Positions 1-12,894 of a stretch of DNA of 64,000 nt are shown here, in pieces. The translations under genes were made by a program, and so were the position numbers. Numbering within the stretch: position 1 is the first letter of the stretch; every line of letters starts with the position of its first letter. The notes beneath the pieces were generated by a model. The model searched no databases and had not been told where the DNA came from. It was given only the letters and a program-made list of their open reading frames with translations. Source of the DNA: Azolla caroliniana (lineage: Eukaryota > Plantae > Polypodiophyta); the NCBI GenBank assembly GCA_043228905.1, contig JBHGNT010000006.1, positions 7,006,001 through 7,070,000 on the forward strand, read 5' to 3'.

Positions 1-1668
1 TCTCCGGTGACTTCTTCGAATCGGTGTCGTCGGCTCCGTTGTCCTTTCGGTAGTGCCGACAATTCTTCCGGAAGTGCCCCGGCTTGCCACAGTGGAAGCA
101 TGTGGGTCTTCCTCTTGACTGCGACCGGGTCCCCGACTTCTCCCGTCTTTGCGGACTCCGGTTCCATTGTCTTCCCCGTTCCGATTCGGTGAGCAGCGCC
201 TTCGGGTCGGAGGCCGGTTCTTTATCTCTCCGACGCGCTTCTTCGTTCAAAATACTTGTCTTTACCGTTTGTAGAGACAAGTTATCTTCGGTGCAGGAGG
301 TGCTGAGAGTCACCACCAAATTCTCCCAGCTTTCCGGCACCGCAAGCTGGTTCACGAATCCCATGAACGTGCTTACGTGTTCCACCATGCTCTCGCCGTC
401 CCGGTACTTGAGGTTCACTATCTTCCTCATCAGGGAGGTCCGGTTCAACGCATTCTTCCTCTCGTAGAGGCCCGACAGCTTCCGCCACATCTCGTATGCG
501 TTGGTGTCGTTCGCCACATGTTGTAGAACGCTCACGTCGACGTATTGCCGAATGGTTGCAACGGCTTTCCGGTTCAGAAGCCTCCATTCCATCTCAAGTA
601 CCCCCTTCGGTATTTCCGACCTGTCAATCGGTTCGTACAGGTCCCGAACAATCAGAAGATCCTCCATCTTGATCTTCCAGTCGGCGTAGTTCTGCGCATT
701 CAGCACCATCATCCCCGGCTGCCCGCTGCTGCCGCCTTCCATTTTCTGCACTGCCGTCGCTCTGATACCACTTTGTTGAGAATCTACGCTCCGATTCGCC
801 TTCACCGTTCGGCCACAACCGAGAAATCACGAATCAATGCAGCAGAAAATAGGAAACACAGAGAAAGACACGATAACACAGGGATTAACGTGGAAAACCC
901 TATACGGGAAAAACCACGGGAGTCCTCAAACTCCAACTATCACTATACGTGGGAATGTACAATGGCGAGCTGCAAGGCGACGACCTTGAGCTCGTTGTCC
1001 TCGCCACAGGCGGCGGTAATACACAGAGGCCACGACCTCTTCGTCTGTCTCTCTCTCTCTCGGCTGCTCTCTTCACTCTCTCTAAGTGAAAAAACAGAAA
1101 AAATATGAGCAGCAACTTTTCAGCAGCTACAAACAGTTTGCCCTAAGTCATATTTATACACATATGACTTTCGGGCTATTTACAAATATAGCCTCAAGGG
1201 CCCTTGGCAAACATATTCACAAATATGTCCCCGCATCCGGATCTCTCTCCGGGTACATACATCATCCGGCTCTGTAGCCGGGTTTTCATCATCCGGCTCC
1301 GTAGCCGGGTCTTCGTCATCCGGCTCCGAAGCCGGGTCTTCATCATCCGGCTCCGTAGCCGGGTCTTCATCATCCGGCTCCGTAGCCGGGTCTTCATCAT
1401 CCGGCTCCGTAGCCGGGGTCTACATCATCCGGCTCCGTAGCCGGGTCTTCGTCATCCGGCTCCGTAGCCGGGTCTTCGTCATCCGGCTCCGTAGCCGGGT
1501 CTTCGTCATCCGGCTCCGTAGCCGGGTCTTCGTCATCCGGCTCCGTAGCCGGGTACTCTTCATCTGGCTTCATGCCGGGTACTCTTCATCCTCCGGTTCC
1601 GTAACCGCAACCGGGCTTGCCGTCATTCATCTCCGGACATCCCATCCGGAGGGACCGATATCCCAACA
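1..1668 (-). mobile_element. Ty1/copia LTR retrotransposon, 5' part (5' LTR, PBS, gag), running off the left edge; same family as 25843-31497
   Basis: LTR 774-1668 (TGTTG...CAACA). Met-i PBS TGGTATCAGAGC on the minus strand at 759-770. gag is near-identical to 26630 onward but has a 54-nt in-frame deletion near 339. Confidence 0.95.
1261..1590. repeat. 27-bp tandem repeat array inside the copia LTR (about 11-12 units)
   Basis: Unit CATCCGGCTCCGTAGCCGGGTCTTCRT recurs at ~27-bp spacing (1263, 1290, 1317, 1344, 1371, 1398 ...). Confidence 0.95.
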
Positions 1669-2748
1669 TTTACTGTGCCGAAGACGCCGGAACTGAACGG
1701 GCTGGCCGAGAGGATGAACCGGACCATAATGGAGAGGGTCCGGAGTATGCTGGCGCATGCGAAATTACCCAAGGGGTTTTGGGCTGAGGCAATGTTGACG
1801 GCGACATACGTGATAAATAGATCACCCTCAGTACCTTTGGACGGAGACACGCCGCAAAGAGTGTGGACCGGTAGGGAAGTATCCTACCGGCATCTGAAGG
1901 TGTTCGGGTGTCTCGCATATGTGCATGTGGCAAAGGACCGGAGAGGAAAGCTAGATCCAAAGACCCGGCCATGCATATTCCTCGGTTACGACGATGACGA
2001 GTTCGGCTACCGAGTATGGGACCCGGTCGACAAAAAGATATTCCGGAGTCGTGATATCCTCTTCATGGAGGACAAGACACTCGCCGACTGGGAGTCGGAA
2101 AAGAAGATGAAGAGCTCCAAGTCGACCGGTGAGGATCAACTCTACGAGGAGCAGTCCCGACCGTCAAAGGACCGGTTAGCACTCGAGGATCCGGCCGAAG
2201 ACGGTGAAGAAACAGAACCGGCCGAGGAAGATGAAACTGATACCGAAACCGGCCCCGATCCCGAAATGGATTCGGATGAAGAGGAAACGGAGGAGCCGGT
2301 TACCGAAGCTCCGGAACGGAGATATCCTCTAAGAGAGAGAAGGGCCCCCCGGAGATTTCCGGAACCAGAGCACGTGCTGCTAACCGACGAGGGAGAGCCG
2401 GAGAGTTTTGAAGAAGCAAAGCTTGACACCCATAGCCGCAGGTGGTTAAGTGCCATGCAGGAGGAGATGGATTCCCTGCATGAGAACCACACATATGAAC
2501 TTGTGGAGCTGCCGAAAGGAAAGCGGGCACTTCGAAACAAGTGGGTGTTCAAGCTGAAACCGGGAGATGCCGGAAACCCCCCGAGATACAAAGCCAGGAT
2601 CGTGGTGAAGGGGTTCCAGCAGAAGAAGGGCGTCGACTTCGACGAGATATTTGCCCCGGAAGTGAAGATGACCTCCATCCGGACGGTGCTGAGCATAGCG
2701 GCAAGCATGGACCTCGAGGTAGAACAGATGGACGTGAAGATGGCATTC
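1669..2748 (+). mobile_element. Copia integrase-RT segment, inverted relative to the flanking copia pieces
   Basis: ORF 1675-2841 has PELNGLAERMNRT (integrase), then YKARIVVKGF and QMDVK (RT). It matches ~28406-29485 of the intact copy. Confidence 0.95.
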
Positions 2749-4696
2749 ATAAGGTACAGTGTGTTGACTTTCCGGGCCCGAGCCACTATCAGGCTCCCCT
2801 TGCTGAACTTCATTACGCAGTTCCGGAAGCTACCTGTGTAGCCTTCATCGTCTAGCCTCCCGGCCGAAATCAGGTTCAATCGAACCTCCGGAACGTGTCG
2901 AACATCCTTCAGCAACATTTTGCATCCGGTCGAGGTTGTCAACCACACGTCTCCTATGCCGGCAATCCGGCACGTACCTTCATTTCCCATCCGAACACAG
3001 CCATGCTCACCGGCTGTGTAGGATGAGAAGTATCTTCTTTCCGGGGTCAGGTGGAACGACGCTCCGGAATCGACCACCCAGGTAGTCTCATCGCCGGCAA
3101 TGTTTAGTTCACCTTCTTCGGTGATGAGCATGATCTCCTCTTCACTTGCCGCGAGTGCCGTCGTTCCTTTCCGGTCCTGCCCTCGCCGATCCGAACCATT
3201 CCGGTCCGTGGCTCCCCGGTAAGCACCGTTCCGTTCCGAAGACTTCTTCGAATCGGTGTCGTCGGCTCCGTTGTCTTTTCGGTAATGCCGACAATTTTTT
3301 CGGAAGTGCCCCGGCTTCCCACAGTGGAAGCATGTGGGCCTTCCTCTTGACTGCGACCGGGTCCCCGACTTCTCCCGTCTTTGCGGACTCCGGTTCCGTT
3401 GTCTTTCCCGATCCGATTCGGTAAGCAGCATCTTCGGATCGGAGGCCGGTTCCTTATCTTTCCGACGCGCTTCTTCGTTCAAAATGCTTGTCTTTACCGT
3501 TTGTAGGGACAAGTTATCTTCGGTGCAGGAGGTGCTGAGAGTCACCACCAAGTTCTCCCAGCTTGCCGGCAATGTACACATCAGGATGATGGCTTGCATT
3601 GCATCCTCCAACGGGAACTTGATCGCCGCAAGCTGGTTCACGAATCCCATGAACGTGCTTACGTGTTCCACCATACTCTCGCCGTCCCGGTACTTGAGGT
3701 TCACTATCTTCCTCATCAGGGAGGTCCGGTTCAACGCATTCTTCCTCTCGTAGAGGCCCGACAGCTTCTGCCACATCTCATATGCGTTGGTGTCGTTCGC
3801 CACATGTTGTAGAACGCTCACGTCGACGTATTGCCGAATGGTTGCAACGGCTTTCCGGTTCAGAAGCCTCCATTCCGTCTCAAGTACCCCCTTGGGTATT
3901 TCCGACCTGTCGATCGGTTCATACAGGTCCCGAACAATGAGCAGATCCTCCATCTTTATCTTCCAGTCGGCGTAGTTCTGCGCATTCAGCACCATCATCC
4001 CCGGCTGCCCGCTGCTGCCGCCTTCCATTTTCTGCACTGCAGTCGCTCTGATACCAGATTGTTAGAAATTGACGCTTTCAAAACCTTCACCTCTCGGCCA
4101 CAACTGAGGAAACACGAATCAATGCAGCAGAAAATCGAAAAACACATAGAGAGACTCGAATGCACAGGGTTTAGCGTGGAAAACCCTAGACGGGAAAAAA
4201 CCACGGGAGTGCAAGACTCCAACTATCACTATACGCAGGGAATGTACAATGGCGAGCTGCAAGGCGACGACCTTGAGCTCGCTGTCCTCGCCACAAGCGG
4301 CGGTATTACACAGAGGCGTCGACCTCTTCCTTTCTCCCTCTCTCACTCTCTCTCTCGGCTGCTCTCACTTCGCTCCCTCTAAGTGGAAAACAGAAAAATG
4401 AGCAACAACTAACAAAACTGTTTGCCCTAAGTCATATTTATACACATATGACTTTCGGGCTATTTACAAATATAGCCTCAAGGGCCCTTGGCAAACATAT
4501 TCACAAATATGTCCCCGCATCCGGATCTCTCTCCGGGTACATTCGTCATCCGGCTCCGTAGCCGGGGTCTTCATCATCCGGCTCCGATACCGGGTCTTCA
4601 TCATCCGGCTCCGATACCGGGTACTCCTCATTCGAGTCTTCATTCCCGATTCCCGGACATCCGACCATCCCATCCGGAGGGACCGTAATCCCAACA
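2742..4696 (-). mobile_element. Copia 5' half: LTR, PBS, gag, protease, start of pre-integrase region
   Basis: LTR 4060-4696 (TGTTAG...CCAACA) with only ~3 repeat units. PBS 4045-4056. Zinc knuckle CFHCGKPGHFRKNC and protease WVVDSGAS in ORF 2142-4037. Confidence 0.95.
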
Positions 4697-4789
4697 GCTT
4701 CCATTCCATGTCCGATTCCTTCTCCTCTACTCCTTAGTCCAAGACCCCCGTGGTCCCGCCCTTCTCCACACACGCGCGTAGCAACGCGA

Positions 4790-6267
4790 CACCGTTCCGG
4801 ATGCTACCCGTGTCGCCTTCATCATCTAGCCGACCGGCTGATATCAGGTTCAGTCGAACCTCCGGAACGTGTCGAACATCCTTCAGCAACAACTTGCATC
4901 CGGTTGGTGTTGACAGCCACACGTCTCCTATGCCGACAATTCGCCATGTACCTTCATTCCCCATCCGGACACAGCCGTGATCACCAGCTGAGTAGGACAA
5001 GAAGCATTTCCGGTCCGGGGTAAGGTGAAACGACGCTCCGGAGTCTACCACCCAGGTCATCTCGTCGCCGGCAAGGTTTATCTCATTGTCCTCGGTGATG
5101 AGCATCAACTCTTCTTCACTTGCCGCGATTGCCGTCGTTCCCTTCCGGTCCGGCCCCCTCCGGTCTTTACCGTTCCGGTCCGGGGTTCGCTTCGAATCGG
5201 TACCGTCGGTCTCCTTATCTTTTCGGAAATGCCGACAGTTCTTCTGGAAGTGTCCCGGCTTGCCGCAATAGAAGCAAGTAGGCCTCCCTCTTGACTTTGA
5301 CCGTGTCCCCGACTTTTCCCGGTTCTGGGGACTATGGTTTCTGTGTCTTCCGCATTCTAATTCGGTAAGGAACGCTTTGGAGTCGGAGCTCGTATCCTTA
5401 TCTCTCCGACGCGCCTCCTCATCCAACAAGCTCGACTTCACTCTTGCTAGGGATAACCATTTTCCTTCCGGCCCGGCGTTGCCCAAAGTGACAACCAACG
5501 TCTCCCAGCTATCCGGGAGGGAACCGAGTAGGAGTAGTGCTAGTACCTCGTCGGCGAGAGGTACTTCCAATGACGTTGCCTGGTGTATCAGCCCCTAGAA
5601 TGCATTCATGTGCTCCACCATGCTGGAGCCATCTTGGTACCGAAGTCTTACTAGCTTCCGGAATACCGAACCTGATTAACAGCATTTTTGTTTTGGAACA
5701 TAATGTCGATCTTCTCCCAGAGCTCATGAGCCTTGCTCTCTTCATTGAAGTTGTTGTATAGGCTCATGTCGATGAAGCATCGTATGTACGCCGTTTTCTT
5801 CATGTGCATCACCTCCCATATCGTGGCGTCGATTTTGTCCGGTCTCTTGTCCCCAAACTGAACCAGCAACCAAAGGTCTTTAACCACGAGCATGTCCCTC
5901 ATCTTCGACTTCCATACCGAATAGTTGGAGCCAGTGAGCTTGAACATGCCTCCCAATGAATCGTCCATTTTCCGTGTCATTTCGCTCTAATACCAATTGA
6001 CGGGAACTCAACGCTCCTTATGCGCAATGCTCGGCCACAACCGAGCTTAGAATCATACACAGAAAACGGGAATGAATGCACGACACAAAGAAGAGAAGAG
6101 TGCACAAGATGTTTACGTAGAAAACCCCAAATTAGGGAAAAAAACCACGGCAGCCCACAGGCTACAAACTATCACTATGTTAGAATGTACAACAGTGAGT
6201 TCACAGAGGCAACGACCTCGTGCTCACAATCTTCGCCATAGGCGGCGGTTACAACAGAGGCAACGAC

Positions 6268-6299
<32 letters not shown>

Positions 6300-6756
6300 G
6301 TACACAGTTACACGATCTCTCTTCTTACACCAACAAGAATGACAACAACAGTAACTAAAAGTTTGCCCTAAGTCATATTTATACTAATATGACTTTTCGG
6401 CTATTTACAAATATAGCCTCGATGGACTCTCAAAAACATATTTACGAATATGTCTCTTCATCCGGTGAGCATTCCTCACCGGGTCTGCACCATCCGGCTC
6501 TCCGTAGCCGGGTACTCCTCATCCGGTTCTCACCAGGTCTGCACCATCCGGCTCTCCATAGCTAGGTACTCCTCATCCGGTTCTCACCGGGTCTGCACCA
6601 TCCGGCTCTCCGAAGCCGGGTACTCCTCATCCGGTTCTCACCGGGTCTGCACCATCCGGCTCTCCGAAGTCGAGTACTCCTCATCCGGTTTCCCATCCGG
6701 CTGTTCATCGGCATTGTTCTTCTCTCTTCCCATCCGGAGGGACCTGTCTCCCAACA
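4790..6756 (-). mobile_element. Related, more diverged copia subfamily: LTR, PBS and frameshifted gag-protease
   Basis: ORFs 5651-5980 and 4734-5570 (CFYCGKPGHFQKNC, WVVDSGAS). PBS variant TGGTATTAGAGC at 5984-5995. LTR ~5998-6756 with its own CCGG repeats. Confidence 0.9.
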
Positions 6757-6858
6757 CTTCCGTAGCCGGGTACTCGTCATCCGGTTTCGGCCTCGGCCGA
6801 GTTTGTTCATCAACACTATTCTTCTCACTTCCCATCCGGAGGGACCTATTTCCTAACA
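6757..6858 (-). mobile_element. Second LTR terminus of the same subfamily (host LTR or tandem end duplication)
   Basis: The terminal motif CCCATCCGGAGGGACC...AACA occurs twice, ending at 6756 and 6858. Confidence 0.7.
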
Positions 6859-9211
6859 AAAACACTTGTAACCCTTTTGCTCAAGTGAGTAACCGATTTT
6901 GGGTCAAGCTTTCTCCGCTTCTCATCGGGTACATGCACAAATGCAATGCTGCAAAAAACCTTCAAGTGTGAAGGGTCTAGCTTTGTCCCAAAATACTTCT
7001 CGTGAGGGGTGATGTCATGGACACCCTCGGTCATGCACCTATTTATGAGATACACAGTTGTAACTGTTGCCTCTGCCCAATAGATCTTGGGCATGTTCTT
7101 CTCATGCAGCATGGTGCGGGCCATCTCAAGAATTGTGCGATTCTTCCGCTCAGCAACACCGTTTTGTTGTGGTGTGTACCAGCAAGAGAATTCCCGACGA
7201 ATCCCCTTTTCTTCTAGAAAGGGCTTGAACTCGGTTGAGAAGTATTCTTGGCCACCATGAGACCGTAAGCATTGAATCTTGCGATTCGTCTCATTTTCCA
7301 TGCAATTCTTTAACTTGAGAAAGTGGGAGAAGACCTCACTTTTTGACTTCATCGGGCATATCCAGGTATGCCACAGATAGTCGTCAATGAAGGTAATGAA
7401 GTACCTACACCCACCAATTGTCGTTGTTTGAGCTAGGCCCCATACATTTGAGTGGATGACGTCCAGGAAGCCTTTACTCACATTTCTTTCGCTTAGGAAT
7501 GGATGCCTATGTTGCTTGCCTAGTTGGCACACCTCACATACATTATCAGGATGTTTCGAAGTAAATCGTGGCAATCCGTACACAGCCCCTTTTGTTTGCA
7601 TTGATCGGAGTTTACCGAGGTTTACATGGCCAACCCTTTTGTGCCACAACTCAATATCAGACTCCGCCTTGAGTCCCTTTGCATACATTGTTGTGTTCAC
7701 CTCGGTCGCATCAAGAATAAACATGTGACCTTCTCTTCTTGCATGAGCGATAAGTTGGCCTTTATCCTCAATGAAGCTGAACCTTTTTGGTTGAATCGTA
7801 CTTGCATTCCTTGTTCGACAATTTGGCCAACCAAGACCAAATTCTTTGTGATTGTCGGGACATGCAATACATCCTTCATGTAGCCCTTGTTGTCATGATT
7901 GTTAAGGGCCACATCTCTAATGTGCTCAATCATGTGTGTAGAGTCATCACTGGTCTCCACCACACCGGGTCTCTTGGGTTCCCTCAAATTCATGAACCAT
8001 TCTTGATGACTTGTCATGTGATTTGAGGCACCTGAGTCCACTTGTTATCATGTTATTCACCCGGTGTCGCATAACAAACATTGGCGCTTTGTTTTCTAGG
8101 CCAGCCATCACAGCATAGTTTGTTTGTTGCCAAGGTGAGGCAGTTGAGTCATTCTTCTTCTTCCGACACTCGGCTTCAAAGTGGCCAGGCTTTCCACAAT
8201 ACCAGCACTCAGTTTGTTGGTTTTGGCTGGTTGATGCAGGCTGGTGGAAGCTCTCCTTTTTGCCGGAATTCCCTCGGCTGTTTCGACCTTCTTGTTGCCT
8301 GGAATTAAACTGTTGTGGACATCATCCACCTCTTCCTCGGCCATTCCTCCCCCGATTTCCAAGACCATGATTGTGACCTCAACCGATATCATCATGTGTA
8401 TATAGCATCTGCCCATCAAATACCGTGCTTTTCGACCGTGTATGGTTCTCCTCAACCATTAGCATGGATTGCAAGTCGAAAAAGCTTGGGGGGTTCTCCC
8501 TTGTTGTTATGGCAGTTCGAAATGAGCCATATTTTTGTGCGAGGCCGCCAAGGCAGATATGCACCATCTTGTCATCATCAACTGCGACATTGATGGAGCC
8601 AAGTGAATCACATACATCTTTGATCTGGAGGGTATAATCCGTCACGGACATATCCCCCTGCCGAATATTGTTCAACTCCTACCGGAATTGAAGCTTTCTT
8701 GCTATGGTTGAAGTCGCGAAAATCTTCTTCAAGTTTTTCCACGCTTCTGTTGGGGATTTCGCATCACGAATATAGCTTAACATGTGATCTTGCACACATG
8801 TTGCCAAACAATACATCACCTTATTGGCGCCTTGTTGCCATGTGGGGTAGTTGGGATTTGTACTATCGGGGCTATTTCTTGAGATCCCTCGATATAACTC
8901 CAATACCCTTGCCCAACTAGGTATTGATGCATCTTATATTCCCAAGATGCATAGTTCTGCCTGTCCAACTTCTCTGTTGGAAGTGCGCTACCCATCTATG
9001 CGTTCCTTTTTCTGATTTAGCTTGATTCGTATGATCTTGTTAACGCGAACCTCTTGCTATGCAAAACTACAGTGACGATATCAGGTTTTAAAACAACGTC
9101 TCTTGCTGCTCACACAGTTTCAATGGTAGAGCTCAGTGAAGGATCTCTAACGCTCACGCTCTAATACCATGTAAAGAATCTAACTCTAGTAGACTTTAGT
9201 ATTCAGAAGCG

Positions 9212-9264
<53 letters not shown>

Positions 9265-9481
9265 TGAATATATAAGCAAGAGAAGGAATTATAGAGAATA
9301 ACCAGAAAAATAAGAAAACACACTTGCTATGCAAAACTACAGTGACGATATCAGGTTTTAAAACAACGTCTCTTGCTGCTCACACAGTTTCAATGGTAGA
9401 GCTCAGTGAAGGATCTCTAACGCTCACGCTCTAATACCATGTAAAGAATCTAACTCTAGTAGACTTTAGTATTCAGAAGCG

Positions 9482-9532
<51 letters not shown>

Positions 9533-9899
9533 TGAATATATAAGCAAGAGAAGGAATTATAGAGAATAACCAGAAAAATAAGAAAACACACAGTAGGGGG
9601 ATGACAGCTTATGCACTTAAGAGAGCTTATTAATTATCTAAAGATCATCAACTAAACTAAATGGCCAAAGGGGGTTTTATATTCAAGTCCTCAACGGACT
9701 ACCCTATTAAATGTGTTGGTGGAATCTAACCAAGCTATCCACTTGAGTACAATTTTTTCATAAGAATATCTAATATTCTTTGACGACACTAACACTCGAC
9801 AACTACACAGATTACAATAAGTGTGCTCACACACTTTTTCACACATCGTCCTTTTCTTCATAACCACATGTTCACACAAGTTGAGCTTGATTCTCAACA
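6859..9899 (-). mobile_element. Degenerate copia of a different family (gag, protease, integrase), truncated at its 3' side
   Basis: Fragmented ORFs 8679-8903 and 8379-8675 (gag), 7697-8041 (DSGASNHM), 6846-7724 (WHKRVGH, CxxC, NGVAERKNRT). PBS at 9158-9169 and 9428-9439. LTR TGTAAAG...TCAACA ends near 9899. Confidence 0.88.
9053..9590. repeat. Direct tandem duplication (270 + 268 bp) of leader, PBS and LTR end
   Basis: 9053-9322 matches 9323-9590 apart from one TG unit in the (TG)n(AG)n microsatellite. Confidence 0.95.
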
Positions 9900-10488
9900 A
9901 ACATTTTATAGCTAATGGTAAGTAAATAGCGAAATTGTGCTCTTTTAATCCATAGAAAACTCAGAAGCATAAGGAAGTTACATATACGATCTCCCTCTTG
10001 TGTTGTTTATGTGTTCTGGGTTTATGAAAGTATAGGACTTGATCTAGAGTCAATATGAGGGGTTTATAGCCAAGGCTCTGTTTTCGGTTCACTGGTGTTT
10101 GGAACCTAGAGAAATATGAGATTGAAGAGAATATGCGATTGATATCCAATTCCATGGGTATATGTTGGGAAATTTCCCTGAGATTTAGAGATGGCTTCCA
10201 AAACTCTAATCTCCTGACTCGGAATGTATCATGATGGGAGAAGTATAAAAGCTTCCATCTTGTCTAATATTTGTAATTTTGCAAAAAGAGTAACTACAAT
10301 GACAAGGCTAAAACTGTTATTTCCATTTTCTGCATTTTATGTTAGCAAATTGCAATGAGCATGTACCCAATACCTGGGGGTCGGTAATAGGTATGTTGTG
10401 GCCCGTCGGTGCTCGATAGACTGTAGAAGGCTAAAGCTTGAAGCCTGAAGGTTGTAGGAGGTCCTCACTCGTCACATGTAGTCTCCCT

Positions 10489-10531
<43 letters not shown>

Positions 10532-12385
10532 ATGTCTGTGACTCCCTCTGATTATATATTGTAACTTAAAATTTTCAACTTTTAAGTGTTTTAACTTTTT
10601 AACATGCATGATGCATGAATGACCTCAATTTAATAATCAGCTTAGCCGGTTTGAGCTGGTTTGGCAGAGCTCGAGCCAAGCTCAACCGTTTAACCAAACT
10701 CAAGCCTAAGCTGAACCGAGCCAAGGCGCTAAATCACTAAACTGGTCTAAACTGATTTAGCTAAACGGTTTAGGCTTGAGCCGAGTCGTTGCCGATTCCG
10801 AGTCGGAACTGACTTCCTAGTCGACTCCGAATATCGTCGACTCAAGGCCAATTGAACCGACACAGTCGGATATTCGGAGACAACTAGTCGGCACAACCGA
10901 ATCCGAATCGGTCGACTCGGAGCAACCGACCAATACATATGAGTCGGAGTCGGCAAACCAATTGAAGTCGATCGAGGAATACAAGTCGGAGACGGCTAAC
11001 CTTGAGCAACCGATTGACATGTATGAACCCGAGTCAAGAGAAGAATCGGTAGAGACATCCGAACGGGAGCCGACAACGGGTGGAAGGAGATACCCACTCA
11101 GAGAAAGGAGAGCTCTGACCACATATGCTAGTCAATACATCCTCTTGACTAATGAATGTGAACCCAAGTGCTATGACAAGGCCATGGCCAACAAGCACAA
11201 AGAGAAATGGCTGAGTGTAATGCAAGACAAGATAGACTCCTTGCACAAAAATTACACCTACGACCTGGTTGAAATGCCGAAAGGGAAGAGAGCACTCAAA
11301 AACAAGTGGGTCTACAAGGTAAAAACTGGAGAAGTCAACAACGCACCCAAATATAAAGCTCACATTGTGGTGAAAGGGCTTCAACATAAAAAGGGTGTCG
11401 ACTTCGACAAAATATTTGCACCAGTCGTAAAGATGATATCAATCAGAACTATTTTGAGTATTGCGGCCAGTATGGACCTGGAGATCGAACTGTTGGATGT
11501 CAAGAAAACATTCTTGCATGGGGAGCTAGATGAAGAAATCTACATGTAGTAGCCCGAAGGCTTTGTGGAGAAAGGGAAAGAGAACCTGGTATGTTGACTG
11601 AAGAAAAGCTTGTATGGTTTGAAACAAGCTCGTATGTCGAATGCTTCATGTTAGAACATAAGTTCCAGAAAACACGGGTTGATCACTGCGTGTTCGTCAA
11701 AAGGTACAGTGAAGGAGACTTCTTGATTCTCTTATTATATGTGGACAACATGTTGATAGTCAAACAAGACACCAAGAAGATCGAGAGCTTGAAGAAAGTG
11801 TTAGGCAAGTCGTTTGCAATGAAAGATCTTGTACCAAGGGTCGAAGCACGCTACGGTGAACCAGAAAAGTATTGTTTTTGGCCACAAAAATTGTCAGTAC
11901 TTTCAATACTGTTAGTACTGAATAATTCAGAAAAAAAATTAGAGAAAAAGAAAATCGATTTTGGAGAGTGGGGTGACTGTAGTACAAGTGTCATTTACTA
12001 TAGAAGGAGTGGGGGGAACACGTGAGGAGATGTTCTTCCATTTTGGGGGCTATTTTCCCCTCACGTCGATTTTGGCACTTCCCCTCACGTCGTTTTGGCG
12101 CTTCCCCTCATACTCCTCTTCCTCTATCCCTCTGAGCTTTTCATCACAGACATCCATGTCACGTTTCTGATTTTCCTTCAATCTAAATCTCAGACATCCA
12201 TGTCTGGTTGGAGAGTTTGAGTTGAGGATTTCTGATTTTTTTAGGGTTTCTGTTTTTGTTAGGGTTTAGGTTGAGGTACAGAGACTGTTCTGAGGGTTTA
12301 GGTAGCAGCCAATAGTGACTTCTTCGACAACGACTTTCTTACTTCCACCGATTGTAGTTGATGTCGTGGTGATTTGGGGCTTTTT

Positions 12386-12620
12386 CCACCAAATCGAGGC
12401 GGCATTGGAGGTTCCTTCCACCAAATCGAGGCGGCATATCCAACGCTCCCTCCACCATTGGAGGTTCCTTCCACCAAATTGAGGCGGCATATCCAACGCT
12501 CCCTCCACCATTGGCGGTTCCTTCCACCAAATCGAGGTTGCATATCCACGCTCCCTCCACCATTGGAGGTTCCTTCCACCAAATCGAGGCGGCATATCCA
12601 ACGCTCCCTTCACCATTAGA
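12386..12620. repeat. 53-bp tandem repeat (~4.5 copies) upstream of the transposase
   Basis: Unit CCACCAAATCGAGGCGGCATATCCAACGCTCCCTCCACCATTGGAGGTTCCTT. Confidence 0.9.
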
Positions 12621-12894
12621 GGTAATTCAGTACTAAAATGTTTCATTTCTTCATATTTTCAGTACTAAAATGTTTCATTTCTTCATATTTCAGTACTAAA
12701 TTTTTAGAATTGACATTTGTCATATTTGATATGTAATTCTAATGTTTGAAACAAAATATTTCTCACTTTGCAGGCCACATTTAAAAACATTTGATTGTGT
12801 TTTCTTGGTTGAGTCTATACAACATTAACTACTTTCACAAGACACTTAATTTTTGTGGATAAATCTAGTGACTGAATGGGGGTTCCTAACGAGA

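Noticed and set aside
1194-1440. Repetitive ORFs (MMKTRLRSR / PDDEDPATE) in the LTRs, also at 25794-26205 and 30810-31104
   Set aside because: By-products of a 27-bp stop-free repeat that is open in several frames; no evidence of coding.
1261-1590. CRISPR-like appearance of the regular repeats (also 12386-12620 and 21285-22050)
   Set aside because: Head-to-tail units without unique spacers, eukaryotic context, no cas genes.
2142-4037. 631-aa ORF as a novel protein
   Set aside because: It is gag-protease fused to antisense RT/INT across the inversion junction.
10640-10790. AACCG/GAGCC-rich stretch resembling a DNA-transposon subterminus
   Set aside because: No TIR pair or TSD found, so it cannot be delimited.
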